From a virus, in the IMG/VR virus record IMGVR_UViG_3300042934_000619, positions 38,443-102,442 of that record: a stretch of 64,000 nt of DNA; one strand, 5' to 3'. The first letter of the stretch is position 1; every line of letters starts with the position of its first letter. The notes below the pieces were generated by a model that saw only the letters and a list, made by a program, of their open reading frames with translations, searched no databases and was not told the origin of the DNA. The position numbers were made by a program, and so were the translations under genes. Below are positions 9,750 through 19,246 of this stretch, piece by piece.

Positions 9750-10151
9750 ATGGCTGAGGAAAAGTACCCCAAGGGATTCACTGTCTGCGTCTACCTGCCG
9801 AACGGGGTGACCGACGAGCAGATCAACCGCGTTGCGGATCACATCTCGGAGGGGGTGTACGGTGACCTGCTCGCCGATCGCGGGCAGTGGGCTCCGTTCG
9901 TGGTCGGGCATAAGGGCGACCTGCTTCAGATCGACCACGAGGGACACGACTGCTGTCCTCCGCACATCTACCTCTCGACGTCGTGCTTTCACGGCAACCA
10001 CAATTACTGTCAGGCTGAGCGTGGCCTGATCGGGAACAAGACGCCCGCTGTTTGCAAATTCTGTGATGCTCCGTGTACGTGCGTCTGTCATGCGCAGATG
10101 CAGGGTAAGAGGCAGGCGGAAGGAGAAGGGCCCCATGTGGATACTCCGTGA
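9750..10151 (+). CDS. Hypothetical protein with Cys/His-rich C-terminus
   Basis: GAGG RBS; CFHGNHNYC...CKFC..C.C.CH. Confidence 0.6.
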   Translation: MAEEKYPKGFTVCVYLPNGVTDEQINRVADHISEGVYGDLLADRGQWAPFVVGHKGDLLQIDHEGHDCCPPHIYLSTSCFHGNHNYCQAERGLIGNKTPAVCKFCDAPCTCVCHAQMQGKRQAEGEGPHVDTP

Positions 10152-10163
10152 AGGAGAGAGGTA

Positions 10164-10535
10164 ATGACCGGAATCCTGGCGGTATCCGTCTTCCTCAACG
10201 CGCTCCTGATCATCGCGCTCCTGATCAAGCGCGAGTCGCGGAACTGGATGGACGGAATCAAGGAAGCGGATGTTCCGCTTCCGCAGGGGATTCATCGTCC
10301 CGCGTTCCGGCGGTTCGTCTTCGATCGAAAGGTCGACGTGACCGGCATCTCGGGTACGGGCATCCGCGTCGAGGGTGTCGTGTTCAGCGACGGATGGGGC
10401 GTGTCGCACTGGCTTGACATGCCCCCGATGAACGAGCCGAAGACCGAGGTGTGGCACAACCCCGGTGTCGCACCACTCGTCAAGATCAGCGGACACAACG
10501 GGGCCAGCGAGGTAGTCTGGCTCGACAGGCCGTGA
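10164..10535 (+). CDS. Membrane-anchored hypothetical protein
   Basis: N-terminal TM helix, RBS. Confidence 0.6.
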   Translation: MTGILAVSVFLNALLIIALLIKRESRNWMDGIKEADVPLPQGIHRPAFRRFVFDRKVDVTGISGTGIRVEGVVFSDGWGVSHWLDMPPMNEPKTEVWHNPGVAPLVKISGHNGASEVVWLDRP

Positions 10536-10570
10536 TACCTTCAACTCGAAGGCGACAAGGGAGAGATGAC

Positions 10571-10765
10571 ATGACGGACAACCAGAAGGACAAGACGGTG
10601 CAGGAGATTCGAGAGGAAGAGCGCAAGCGCCTTGAGCGGTTCACTCGCGGCGCCGCGAGCGAGAGCGCCGCGACCGTGGTCGCGATTACCGTGGCTTCGG
10701 TCAGCTCCTCGTCTTCGTCGAGCTGCGACACCTCGTCCTCGTCGGACGGCGGATGCGCCGCCTGA
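10571..10765 (+). CDS. Small Ser-rich hypothetical protein
   Basis: GGGAG RBS; SSSSSSSCDTSSSSDGGC tail. Confidence 0.45.
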   Translation: MTDNQKDKTVQEIREEERKRLERFTRGAASESAATVVAITVASVSSSSSSSCDTSSSSDGGCAA

Positions 10766-10979
10766 AAAACCCCCGCCTTCCCTGAATGAGGGCGGGTCAG
10801 GGCAGCACCCGTCCGAGCCCCCAGCTCCTGCGGGTTGTGGTGAAACCGGCTGACGTCCCGGTGCCCGACGGCGTCATGCGTCACTGGTGGCCGTGCGTAG
10901 GTTTTCTTCCATTTCCTTACGTACGGGCCCGGGGCAACTCGGCTGACATGCCCGAGGGCGCATGCATGTCACCGTACAT

Positions 10980-11080
10980 GGGCGGGTAGCTCAATGGGCG
11001 CATGAGGAGGTGGCCACCTTCGATTGCATATGCCGATGGTAGAGCGCCGGAGGTTGCGGGTTCGAGTCCCGTCCCGTCCA
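10980..11080 (+). ncRNA. tRNA-like RNA: expanded D loop, no anticodon arm
   Basis: Acceptor GGGCGGG/CCCGTCC-A, TAGCTC..GAGC D stem, T arm GCGGG-TTCGAGT-CCCGT. Confidence 0.7.
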
Positions 11081-11219
11081 CGCAGGGTGCGCCAGAGATG
11101 TCTGCCGTCGGGTGGACGCGCACGGAGACCCGACACCGCGAAGCGTCCGAACGTGTGATCCAGTTCGGACGCTTTTGCTGTATCATTCTGCATAGGCAGG
11201 CGAATGGAAAACCGGGGAA

Positions 11220-11465
11220 ATGAAGAAGATGGTTCAAGGCGCCACTATTGCTGGCGCCTTTTTCGTTCTCACTGGGTGTGTTTCCGGGGCGGTTGACGAC
11301 AAGCGCGCCCCTGGAATGCCGGGGGAGAAGCAGTACGAGATACTGGTCGAGAACGACCAGCCGTACGGACCGGACAGATTCTGGCTTAAAGTCACCGAAA
11401 GAACGTGGGATAACTGCCATCTCGGTGACCAGATAGAGGACTGCCAGGTTGACGGAGCTTCTTGA
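11220..11465 (+). CDS. Putative lipoprotein
   Basis: MKK, hydrophobic stretch, LTG-C lipobox. Confidence 0.6.
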   Translation: MKKMVQGATIAGAFFVLTGCVSGAVDDKRAPGMPGEKQYEILVENDQPYGPDRFWLKVTERTWDNCHLGDQIEDCQVDGAS

Positions 11466-11504
11466 TCCCGAGTAGCCTCGGGATCAAGAAGGTGAAAGTG
11501 GAAG

Positions 11505-11801
11505 GTGACAATGACGATGGATGGTCTTTTCGGTGTGTTCGATGGTGTCGATCGTGTGGCGCAGTTCAGCGACGACGAGGCGGCCGAGGAGTTCCGGCGC
11601 GAAGCGCTCGAACTCGATGTCCCCGAGTTCTTCCGCCGACCGGCGTACGATGACCTCCAGGTCTACGAGGTCCCACAGGGTTACGATGTGCTGCACCGCC
11701 TGCTCCTGGGACTCCGACGGTCGCGGAACCAGGATCTCGCGGTGACGGCGGCCCTGACCAGGCTGAACCGGGAGCGGAGGGCGGCGGACCGTGACGCGTG
11801 A
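11505..11801 (+). CDS. Hypothetical protein
   Basis: ORF with phage-like codon usage. Confidence 0.5.
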   Translation: MTMTMDGLFGVFDGVDRVAQFSDDEAAEEFRREALELDVPEFFRRPAYDDLQVYEVPQGYDVLHRLLLGLRRSRNQDLAVTAALTRLNRERRAADRDA

Positions 11802-12012
11802 GTGTGACAACGATGACTGTGACTACGAGACGTACGTCAACGACGACGGACGCCCCCGAGTCCGGTGGATTCACGTGGAGGGATGTGAGGGTCCTGTGCC
11901 CTTCGATGAACTTCGTGAAGAGAATGCGCCAAGGGACAGCTTCCTCGCCTACTTGGAGGCGCGCATGCCGGGAATCCGTAGCGTCAAGGGACCTGAGTTG
12001 ACGGAAAGTTGA
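11791..12012 (+). CDS. Hypothetical protein
   Basis: GGAGG RBS, overlaps upstream ORF. Confidence 0.45.
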   Translation: MTRECDNDDCDYETYVNDDGRPRVRWIHVEGCEGPVPFDELREENAPRDSFLAYLEARMPGIRSVKGPELTES

Positions 12013-12185
12013 CGGCGCTGTTCGTTGAACAGTGTTCCACAGGTGATCGTTTGTAAGGTGCAACCTGTCTGTTACTGTTCGGTCAGAAGGAGAAAAGAAG
12101 CGCCAGGAACTCACCGTTCGCCCCGCATCGTGTCGGGTAATCGGGAGGAAGCCGGAAAGCGCCTGGAGAAGGAGAAGGAAGACTG

Positions 12186-12743
12186 ATGACAGTGACCAAT
12201 GAGAACGAACCGGGCGCAGCGCGGAAGATCGTTGTGAGAGACCAGGTGGGTCCCCTTGAGTTCTACGGGGAACTCGTCGCCGACCTCTCCTGGACCAACG
12301 TCGAAGCGGAACAGTACGGACACCATCGGTGGACGAACCTCACGCTGTACCGCGTCCTGCAAGACGGCTCGGCGTACGCGTACGCACTCCAGGTCGTAGG
12401 CCGGAGCGTGATGTACCACCGGGCCGGTGGGGATTGCAAGAGCGGCCAGCCACGCACGGTGGCGTCGCTGAAGGGTGACAGCAGGCGGTGGGACGAGCTT
12501 AAGGTCTGCCCGAAATGCTACCCGGAGGATCTTGAGGACATGACGCCGACCACCGTGGTCTTCGTGGAGGAAGACATCCCGACCCTCTTCCGGTGCGTCG
12601 ATGCCTCGGAGGTGGTCAAGGTTCTGCATGGCCGGAGCAGGAGGGAGCGAGGCAGCAACGGGCTCAGTCTGAAGCTGCTCCAGATCTCCTCGGAGCGTGA
12701 CGAGGAGATCGCGAAGGTACTTCGTCAGGCGCGGAGTCTCTGA
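12186..12743 (+). CDS. Hypothetical protein
   Basis: RBS, 185 aa, CPKC motif. Confidence 0.65.
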   Translation: MTVTNENEPGAARKIVVRDQVGPLEFYGELVADLSWTNVEAEQYGHHRWTNLTLYRVLQDGSAYAYALQVVGRSVMYHRAGGDCKSGQPRTVASLKGDSRRWDELKVCPKCYPEDLEDMTPTTVVFVEEDIPTLFRCVDASEVVKVLHGRSRRERGSNGLSLKLLQISSERDEEIAKVLRQARSL

Positions 12744-12795
12744 GGGGTTACATCCTCGGACTCCGGGAACCCGTGCAGTAGCCCATCCCGAAGCG

Positions 12796-12829
12796 CCGCC
12801 CGTCGAGCATCCCCCCGCTCGACGGGCGG
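12796..12829 (+). terminator. Hairpin terminator
   Basis: 13-bp stem CCGCCCGTCGAGC/GCTCGACGGGCGG. Confidence 0.6.
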
Positions 12830-12848
12830 TCCTCATTTCCGGCCCAGG

Positions 12849-12877
12849 TTGACAGGTCGGGTTGACGAACGTATAAT
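12849..12877 (+). promoter_or_regulatory. Consensus sigma70/HrdB promoter of the replication operon
   Basis: TTGACA-17 nt-TATAAT upstream of DNA polymerase. Confidence 0.8.
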
Positions 12878-12934
12878 CTCCCATCCGGCGAGATCCGGTG
12901 TTATCTTCCTGCTCTGAGGCAGGAAGGCAGACAT

Positions 12935-14716
12935 GTGACATCACCACTCGCTGACGTAAGCCTTCACCTCGTCGAGAGCATCGACGACGCGATGGCGCTC
13001 AAGCGGTGGCTTGGTGAACGACACGACGGCATCGTTGCGTTCGACACCGAGTCCGGAGGGCTTTCGCCCTGGAAGACTGAACTGCGCATGGTTCAGTTCG
13101 GAGACAAGCGGACCGGCTGGGCTGTCCCCTGGGAGCGATGGGGCGGTGTCGCCCTGGAGATCTTCCAGTCCTACGAGGGTGAGTGGGCCGCCCACAACGG
13201 CATCCATGACTGGAAGTTCCTCTCCGTCAAGGCCGGGTACGACGTGCCGTGGGAGCGGATGCACGACACGCTCACCATGGCCCGAATAGATGACCCCTCC
13301 CGGGCCAACGGCCTGAAGCCGCTGGGCAGTTCGCTGATCGACCGGCGTGCCGTCGCCGGGCAGAAGGCCCTCGACGAGGGCATGGCGGCGAACAAGTGGA
13401 ACTGGGCTACGGTGCCCATCAACTACCCGCCGTACTGGATCTACAGTGCGCTCGATCCCGTGATCACGTCGCACCTGCATGACCACCTGGCCCCACGGGT
13501 CCTCGCCTCCGCGCCGGAGGCGTACGACCTGGAGCGCGCGGCCAACCGGATCTGCACCAAGATGATGATGAAGGGGATGCAGCTCGACGTCCCCTACGTC
13601 GAGCGGGCCATCGCGACGTACGAGGAGACCAGCGGCAAGATCCGGGACTGGCTGATCAAGGCTCATCAGATCACGAGCCCCGTGTCCGCCGGGCAGATCC
13701 GCCGGGCCTTCGAACGTCTCGGGCAGGACGTCCTGTTCTGGACGAGGACCGGCCAGCCGCAGTTCACCAAGGCGACCCTCGGCTTCTACGTGGAGCAGGG
13801 GCAGAACGATGCCGTCAAGCAGCTGGCCAAGTACCTGCTCGCCGTCCGCAAGGCCGACAAGTTCCCGCGCGACTACCTGCACAAGTTCCTCAACCTGCGG
13901 GACGCCGGGGACATCCTGCGGATGAACATCAACGTCATGGGCGCGATCACCAGTCGCATGTCCGTGTCGGAACCACCGCTCCAACAGCTCTCCCGTGACG
14001 AGGCGATGATCCGGGGGTCGTTCGTTCCGCGCGACGGGCTGGTCCTTCTCTCGTGCGACCTCGACCAGATCGAACTGCGGATGATCGCCGACGCCTCGGC
14101 CGACGAAGGACTCATCCGGGCGATCCATGAGGCCGACGCCACCGGCACCAACGTGTTCCTCGTCATCGGCCGTGAGATGTACGGCGAGAAGATCACGAAG
14201 AAGGATCCGCGCTATACCTCACTGAAGGCGTTTGTGTACGCCCGTGCGTATGGCGCCGGGCCGGAGGAACTCGCGGAGACGGCTGGCATCCCTATCGAGA
14301 CCGTGGTCCACATCGAGACCCTGTTCAACGAGAACTTCCCCGGCATGCGCCGGATCTCGGACGAGCTGATCAGCGCGGCCAGGCAGATGCGCGCACGAGG
14401 TGAACGAGCCGGTGTCCGGCTGAAGTCGGGCCGCTTCATCCCGCTCAAGCAGGGCAAGGACTACACCGCCCTGAACTACAAGACGCAGGGACCGGCCGCC
14501 GAGTACATGAAGCGCTCGCTCGTGAACCTCGACGCGTCCGGCCTCGGGGACAACCTGCTCCTCCCGATCCACGACGAAGTCCTCCTCGAAGCTCCGGCGT
14601 CGGAAGCCGAGGAAGTCCTGAAGGTCGTTGAGGAGTGCATGACAGACCGCGAGAACTACGCGGTTCCTCTGACGGCGGGCGGTTCGATCCTGCCGGAACG
14701 GTGGGTGAAGACGTGA
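12935..14716 (+). CDS. polA: Family A DNA polymerase with 3'-5' exonuclease
   Basis: Exo motifs FDTES, HNGIHD, YSALD; Pol motifs DLDQIELR, KAFVYARAYG, IHDE. Confidence 0.92.
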   Translation: MTSPLADVSLHLVESIDDAMALKRWLGERHDGIVAFDTESGGLSPWKTELRMVQFGDKRTGWAVPWERWGGVALEIFQSYEGEWAAHNGIHDWKFLSVKAGYDVPWERMHDTLTMARIDDPSRANGLKPLGSSLIDRRAVAGQKALDEGMAANKWNWATVPINYPPYWIYSALDPVITSHLHDHLAPRVLASAPEAYDLERAANRICTKMMMKGMQLDVPYVERAIATYEETSGKIRDWLIKAHQITSPVSAGQIRRAFERLGQDVLFWTRTGQPQFTKATLGFYVEQGQNDAVKQLAKYLLAVRKADKFPRDYLHKFLNLRDAGDILRMNINVMGAITSRMSVSEPPLQQLSRDEAMIRGSFVPRDGLVLLSCDLDQIELRMIADASADEGLIRAIHEADATGTNVFLVIGREMYGEKITKKDPRYTSLKAFVYARAYGAGPEELAETAGIPIETVVHIETLFNENFPGMRRISDELISAARQMRARGERAGVRLKSGRFIPLKQGKDYTALNYKTQGPAAEYMKRSLVNLDASGLGDNLLLPIHDEVLLEAPASEAEEVLKVVEECMTDRENYAVPLTAGGSILPERWVKT

Positions 14717-14982
14717 CCCGGATCCTCAGGTACATCGTCCCGGTCGATGACGAGTGGCACACCGTCTACACCGCCGGGCGCCCACTTCATGTCGCCTGCC
14801 GATCCGCCGACGTGGTGGAGTTCTGGGCATGGGAGTCAGCAACGGAACTCCCCACGGAGTACCGGGTCTACGGCACCGGACACCCGGTCGAGCCCGGCGC
14901 AACGTATGTTGGTACAGCACTTACTCCCGGAGGTCACCTGGTCTGGCACCTGGTGACGCGCGTGGCAGGAGGATCGTCGTGA
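14713..14982 (+). CDS. Hypothetical protein
   Basis: GTGA overlap; VYGTGH...LVWHL motif common in phage proteins. Confidence 0.6.
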   Translation: MTRILRYIVPVDDEWHTVYTAGRPLHVACRSADVVEFWAWESATELPTEYRVYGTGHPVEPGATYVGTALTPGGHLVWHLVTRVAGGSS

Positions 14983-15464
14983 GCGAAGAGCGGAACCTCG
15001 TCGTCTGGGCTGACCCCGGTCTCATGACCGGCCTGGCCTGGTATGACGTCGCGGCGGGAGACTTCCAGTCGGGCCAGTACGGACCCGACGACCTCGTGCG
15101 CAAGCTCGACCAGCTTGGCGCCGTCCATGCCGCTCGCATGGTGCTGGGGTATGAGAAGTTCATCGCCACGTCCGGTGGCGCGAGGACCAGTTCGTCTTCG
15201 CACTCGCAGCGAGCGATCAGGGTTCTCGACGACTGGGCGTACGGATCCCAGGTGCCGGTGCTCCGGTCGCAACCGTCGTCAGCTCGCAACCTCGGACAGG
15301 TCGTGTGGCTTCGTCGGCTCGGCTGGTACAAGCCCGGCAAGGGGCACGCAAATGACGCCGCTCAGCACCTTCTTGCGGATCTGCTCAAGCGTCAGCCCAT
15401 GCCACACGCGATACGAGCGAAGCTCTTCCCGGGATACACAGCGCGTGGTAACCTCGCCACCTGA
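14979..15464 (+). CDS. RuvC-like Holliday junction resolvase
   Basis: WADPGLMTGLA, GYEKF, HANDAA. Confidence 0.65.
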   Translation: MSEERNLVVWADPGLMTGLAWYDVAAGDFQSGQYGPDDLVRKLDQLGAVHAARMVLGYEKFIATSGGARTSSSSHSQRAIRVLDDWAYGSQVPVLRSQPSSARNLGQVVWLRRLGWYKPGKGHANDAAQHLLADLLKRQPMPHAIRAKLFPGYTARGNLAT

Positions 15465-15515
15465 GCAAACAAGCAGCTCAGAGCGCTCTTCAAGCGCAGC
15501 ACACAGGGAGATGGT

Positions 15516-15845
15516 GTGCCTGTCGCTGAGATAGTTGACGGAAGAGTCGCAATCCGTACGCAGTACCACGAACGTCACCTGGTTCAACAGGTCCCCGGAG
15601 CACGCTATGACAAGCGCGGGGGATACTGGACGGCGCCGCTCAGTTGGCCGACATGTGTGGTCCTTCGTGGTCTCTTCGGAGAGCGACTAGAAATCGGTAC
15701 CGACCTCGCCGAGTGGTCTTGGCGGATTTACAGGGCGAGGATCGGTCCCGCACTCCAACTCAGACACGCAATGGAGTTGTCCCCGGACGACCCCGTGGCA
15801 AAGATCATCGACCTCGTGGAATCACGCATGGAAGGCGGCGGATGA
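15516..15845 (+). CDS. Helicase-associated (HARP-like) protein
   Basis: VPGARYD..GGYW.AP; overlaps helicase start. Confidence 0.55.
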   Translation: MPVAEIVDGRVAIRTQYHERHLVQQVPGARYDKRGGYWTAPLSWPTCVVLRGLFGERLEIGTDLAEWSWRIYRARIGPALQLRHAMELSPDDPVAKIIDLVESRMEGGG

Positions 15846-17353
15846 AGCTCCTCGGCTACCAGCGTTCTGGTGTCGCATTCCTTGTCAAGAGTCGACGGGC
15901 TCTGCTCGCCGATCCTCCGGGTACCGGCAAGACGGCACAACTGATCCGCACCTTGCAGGTGTTGCAGGAACTGGGCGAGAACCCCTTTCCGGCTCTCGTA
16001 GTCTGTCCGAACAGCCTGAAGCTGTCAACCTGGGCTCGCGAACTGTCAACCTGGGCTCCGGAAGTCACGTACCAGGTGGTGGATGGCAACGCGACCCAGC
16101 GTCGGAAGCAACTCGCCTCCGAAGCGCAGGTGTTCATCCTGAACTGGGAAGCCGTCAGGCTCCACTCCCGGCTCGCCGGGTACGGAACCATCGCGCTCAA
16201 GGACAAGGAGAAGGAGCCCAAGGAGCTGAACAAGCTCGGGCTCCGGACCGTCATCCTCGACGAGGCGCACAAGGCCAAGGACCCGAACGCCTCGCAGACC
16301 CGCGCAGTATGGGCGGTCCTGCACGACGCCGAGTTCCGGTACCTCGCGTCCGGTACGCCGGTGGCTCAGCACGTCGGAGACCTGTGGTCCCTGCTTCACG
16401 GCATCGACCCCGTGTGGTTCCCGGCCAAGACGAAATACCTCGACTACTTCGCCGACATTTCCCTCAATCACTTCGGCGCCCTCGAAGTTCACGGCCTCAA
16501 GCCGGAACATCGCGACGAGTTCTTCCGCATCGTCGACCCGTTGATGCGACGGATCCCGAAGGAAGCAGCTCTCCCCCAGCTGCCCCCCGTCCTTCCGGTA
16601 CAGATCCGGCATACGGTCATGTCGGCGAAGCAGAAGAAGTCGTACGACGAGATGGAGCGCGACATGGTCGCGCAGCTTGACGATCTCGTCGTGGCGCCGA
16701 ACCCCCTCAGTCAGCTGATCCGGCTGAAGCAGTTCGCAGCCGCGTGCGGGGAGACGTCGCCGGGGGTCCGGCGGGAGAAGCAGCAGTTCTGGGAGAACGG
16801 CGAACTGGTCGAGAGGATCGTCGAGGTTCCGACGATCAACGTGAAGCTGCTCGCCCCCTCGGGGAAGGTGGACGACCTCGTCGACCTGCTCGACGAGATG
16901 GGAGACGACGAGCCCCTCGTCGTGGCCGCCGTCTCCCGGCAGCTGATCGAGCTGGCGGCCGAGAAGCTGACCAAGCTCAAGATCTCCCACGGCCTGATCA
17001 CCGGCGCGCAGTCGCAGTACGAGCGCGACCAGGCGGTACAGCGGTTCCAGAACGGACAGATCCGCGTGGTCCTGCTGACGCTCGGAGCCGGAGCCGAAGG
17101 GATCACCCTCACCCGGTCCCGGACGATGCTCTTCATGCAGGAGAGCGACTCCGAGATCCAGAACCAGCAGGCCCGTGATCGGGTCCACCGCATCGGATCC
17201 GAGCGGCACGACGCGATCCGGATCATCAAGCAGGTCGCCCCCGGCACCGTCGAGGAACGCCAGGAAGAACTGCTGGCCACCAAGAAGATCCGCATGGAAG
17301 AGGTCGTTCGCGACCGCGAGACGTTGGCGAAGCTCCTGGGAGTCGCAGCATGA
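15842..17353 (+). CDS. SNF2-family DNA helicase
   Basis: LADPPGTGKT, DEAH, SGTP, GAEGITL, QARDRVHRIG. Confidence 0.9.
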   Translation: MKLLGYQRSGVAFLVKSRRALLADPPGTGKTAQLIRTLQVLQELGENPFPALVVCPNSLKLSTWARELSTWAPEVTYQVVDGNATQRRKQLASEAQVFILNWEAVRLHSRLAGYGTIALKDKEKEPKELNKLGLRTVILDEAHKAKDPNASQTRAVWAVLHDAEFRYLASGTPVAQHVGDLWSLLHGIDPVWFPAKTKYLDYFADISLNHFGALEVHGLKPEHRDEFFRIVDPLMRRIPKEAALPQLPPVLPVQIRHTVMSAKQKKSYDEMERDMVAQLDDLVVAPNPLSQLIRLKQFAAACGETSPGVRREKQQFWENGELVERIVEVPTINVKLLAPSGKVDDLVDLLDEMGDDEPLVVAAVSRQLIELAAEKLTKLKISHGLITGAQSQYERDQAVQRFQNGQIRVVLLTLGAGAEGITLTRSRTMLFMQESDSEIQNQQARDRVHRIGSERHDAIRIIKQVAPGTVEERQEELLATKKIRMEEVVRDRETLAKLLGVAA

Positions 17354-17580
17354 ATGCACTGAATGAGGTCGAGCGGCTCCTGTACACCACGGAGGAAGCC
17401 GCCGCCGCGCTCGGGATCGGGGTCACCAAGGCCAAGGAGCTGATCCGCGAAGGTGACCTGCGCAGCGTGAAGATCGGTACGCTCCGCCGGATCCCGGTCA
17501 GCGCCCTCAAGGAGTACGTGAGCCTGCTGCACCTTGAGCAGGCGGTCGGTGCCCCTGTGCTGAAGGCGGAAGCCGCATGA
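17350..17580 (+). CDS. Excisionase-like HTH DNA-binding protein
   Basis: LYTTEEAAAALGIG..K..ELI..G.L.SVKIG..RRIP. Confidence 0.75.
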   Translation: MNALNEVERLLYTTEEAAAALGIGVTKAKELIREGDLRSVKIGTLRRIPVSALKEYVSLLHLEQAVGAPVLKAEAA

Positions 17581-17798
17581 CGGCGCAAGGTATGCACCCT
17601 CCGGCGACCAGGCGGTGCCAGATCTACGTGGACGCCAGCGGTGACGGATCCGATCTGCATCGGTGCATCAACGAAGGCACGCACTGGGAGGAGTGGCCGG
17701 GTTGTGGCTGCGCCGACGAGGACGAGGGCATGTGCGCCGAAGATTTCTTCACCTGGGAGTGCGGCGGCCCTCATCGCCTCCACGGAGGAACGGTATGA
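17577..17798 (+). CDS. Cys-rich hypothetical protein
   Basis: ATGA overlaps on both sides. Confidence 0.5.
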   Translation: MTAQGMHPPATRRCQIYVDASGDGSDLHRCINEGTHWEEWPGCGCADEDEGMCAEDFFTWECGGPHRLHGGTV

Positions 17799-17956
17799 GC
17801 GAGTCGGGCGACCCCCTGGTCGGCATGGACGAAGGCGCCGTCACCCAGCACGAGCTGTACATGTCGTGGGTACGTGCGGGATTCACCCCGGACCAGGCGC
17901 TGGACCTGGTGAAGACGGTGATCAGCGAGATCTTCCGGAGGAACGATGAGGAATGA
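17795..17956 (+). CDS. Small hypothetical protein
   Basis: HELYMSWVRAGFTPDQAL motif; GGAGG RBS. Confidence 0.55.
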   Translation: MSESGDPLVGMDEGAVTQHELYMSWVRAGFTPDQALDLVKTVISEIFRRNDEE

Positions 17957-18281
17957 GCCCTACGAGGTGTCGGAGCGGGCGGCGATCCGTATCCGTGCCT
18001 TCCGGAAGACGCGCCGCATCAGTGCCGAACTGCTGGCGGAGAAGCTGACCAAGGCCGGATACCCGATCACCCGCAGTGCGCTGGCGAACTTCGAGAACGG
18101 GCGGTTCCGTACTGTCCCGCTCGATCTGGTCGTGGCCGCGATGAAGGTCTTCGAGGTCGGCTTCGGGACGTTCATGCAGGGCCCGCTGTGCGGTACCTGC
18201 GCGGACAAGCCGCCGCTCGGCTTCGGCTGCCAGACGTGCAAGCGCACCATGACGGAACGCGGGGAGCTGGTGGCGTGCTGA
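17946..18281 (+). CDS. XRE-type HTH protein with C-terminal Cys4
   Basis: ISAELLAEKL..ITRSALANFENG; CGTC..CQTC. Confidence 0.7.
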   Translation: MRNEPYEVSERAAIRIRAFRKTRRISAELLAEKLTKAGYPITRSALANFENGRFRTVPLDLVVAAMKVFEVGFGTFMQGPLCGTCADKPPLGFGCQTCKRTMTERGELVAC

Positions 18282-19246
18282 AGGTCAGCCCGTCGGAGAT
18301 CGCCAAGTTCAGGCGGTGCCGCCGGAGTTGGGCCCTCACGTACCACTACCGGTGGGGGCTGAACCCGCTGACGGCACCGGTGACCGGAGCCGCGCAGTTG
18401 GGAACGCGTATCCATGCCGCGCTGGAGGCGTACTACGGGTACGACATCGACCCGTGCTCGGCGATCGGGATCATCTACGACTTCGAGCGGGACCGGCGAC
18501 CGGACGCGGCAGCGGAGCTGACGGCCGAACAGGACTGGGCCATGATCATGGTCTCCGGGTACCTGGACTGGGCCGCCGAGACAGGTATCGACGAGGAGTA
18601 CGACGCGGTCACCGTCGAGCGTGCCGTCGAGGTGCCGATCCTGCTGTCCAGCGGCGAGATGGCCATCGTCACCGGCAAGCTCGACCAGATCGTCAGGCGG
18701 CGGATGGACGGCGCACTGTGCGTACGCGACTGGAAGACCGTCGCATCCCTGCACAAGGCCGACCTCCTCGTGCTCGACGAGCAGATGCGTATCTACTCGG
18801 CCCTGTTGTCGATCGCCTCCGACGGGATGCGGGTGGACGGCGCCATCTACGCCATGCTGCTCCGCTCCAAGCGGACGGCGCGAGCCAACGGACCGTTCTA
18901 CGAGCAGGTGCACATCGGCTACAACGGGGCCGACCACAACAGCATGATGATGCGTCTGCGCGGTGTCCTCGATGACATGGACCGGGTGACCCGACAGCTG
19001 AATCAGGGAGTCGTCGACCACAGGGTGGCGGCGTATCCGAACCCGATGACGGACCGCTGCAAGTGGGACTGCTCCTTCACTCACGTCTGTCCGCTGTTCG
19101 ACGACGGCTCCCGTGCCGACGCGGCGATGCGTGCGAACTACATACAGCTCGACCCCTACCACTACCGCAACAACGACCTGATCGACACGGTGAAGGCGGC
19201 GTTCGGCGTGACCTCTCCCGTGATCGGGGAGGGCTCCGATGGCTGA
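18275..19246 (+). CDS. Cas4/RecB-like PD-(D/E)XK exonuclease
   Basis: SPSEI..FRRC.R, GT.IH, GKLD..DWKT, Q..IY, C.WDC.F..VC. Confidence 0.8.
   Translation: MLKVSPSEIAKFRRCRRSWALTYHYRWGLNPLTAPVTGAAQLGTRIHAALEAYYGYDIDPCSAIGIIYDFERDRRPDAAAELTAEQDWAMIMVSGYLDWAAETGIDEEYDAVTVERAVEVPILLSSGEMAIVTGKLDQIVRRRMDGALCVRDWKTVASLHKADLLVLDEQMRIYSALLSIASDGMRVDGAIYAMLLRSKRTARANGPFYEQVHIGYNGADHNSMMMRLRGVLDDMDRVTRQLNQGVVDHRVAAYPNPMTDRCKWDCSFTHVCPLFDDGSRADAAMRANYIQLDPYHYRNNDLIDTVKAAFGVTSPVIGEGSDG

Noticed and set aside
17350-17580. Evidence of lysogeny from the excisionase-like gene
   Set aside because: No integrase or attP seen in this window; such HTH genes also occur in lytic phages
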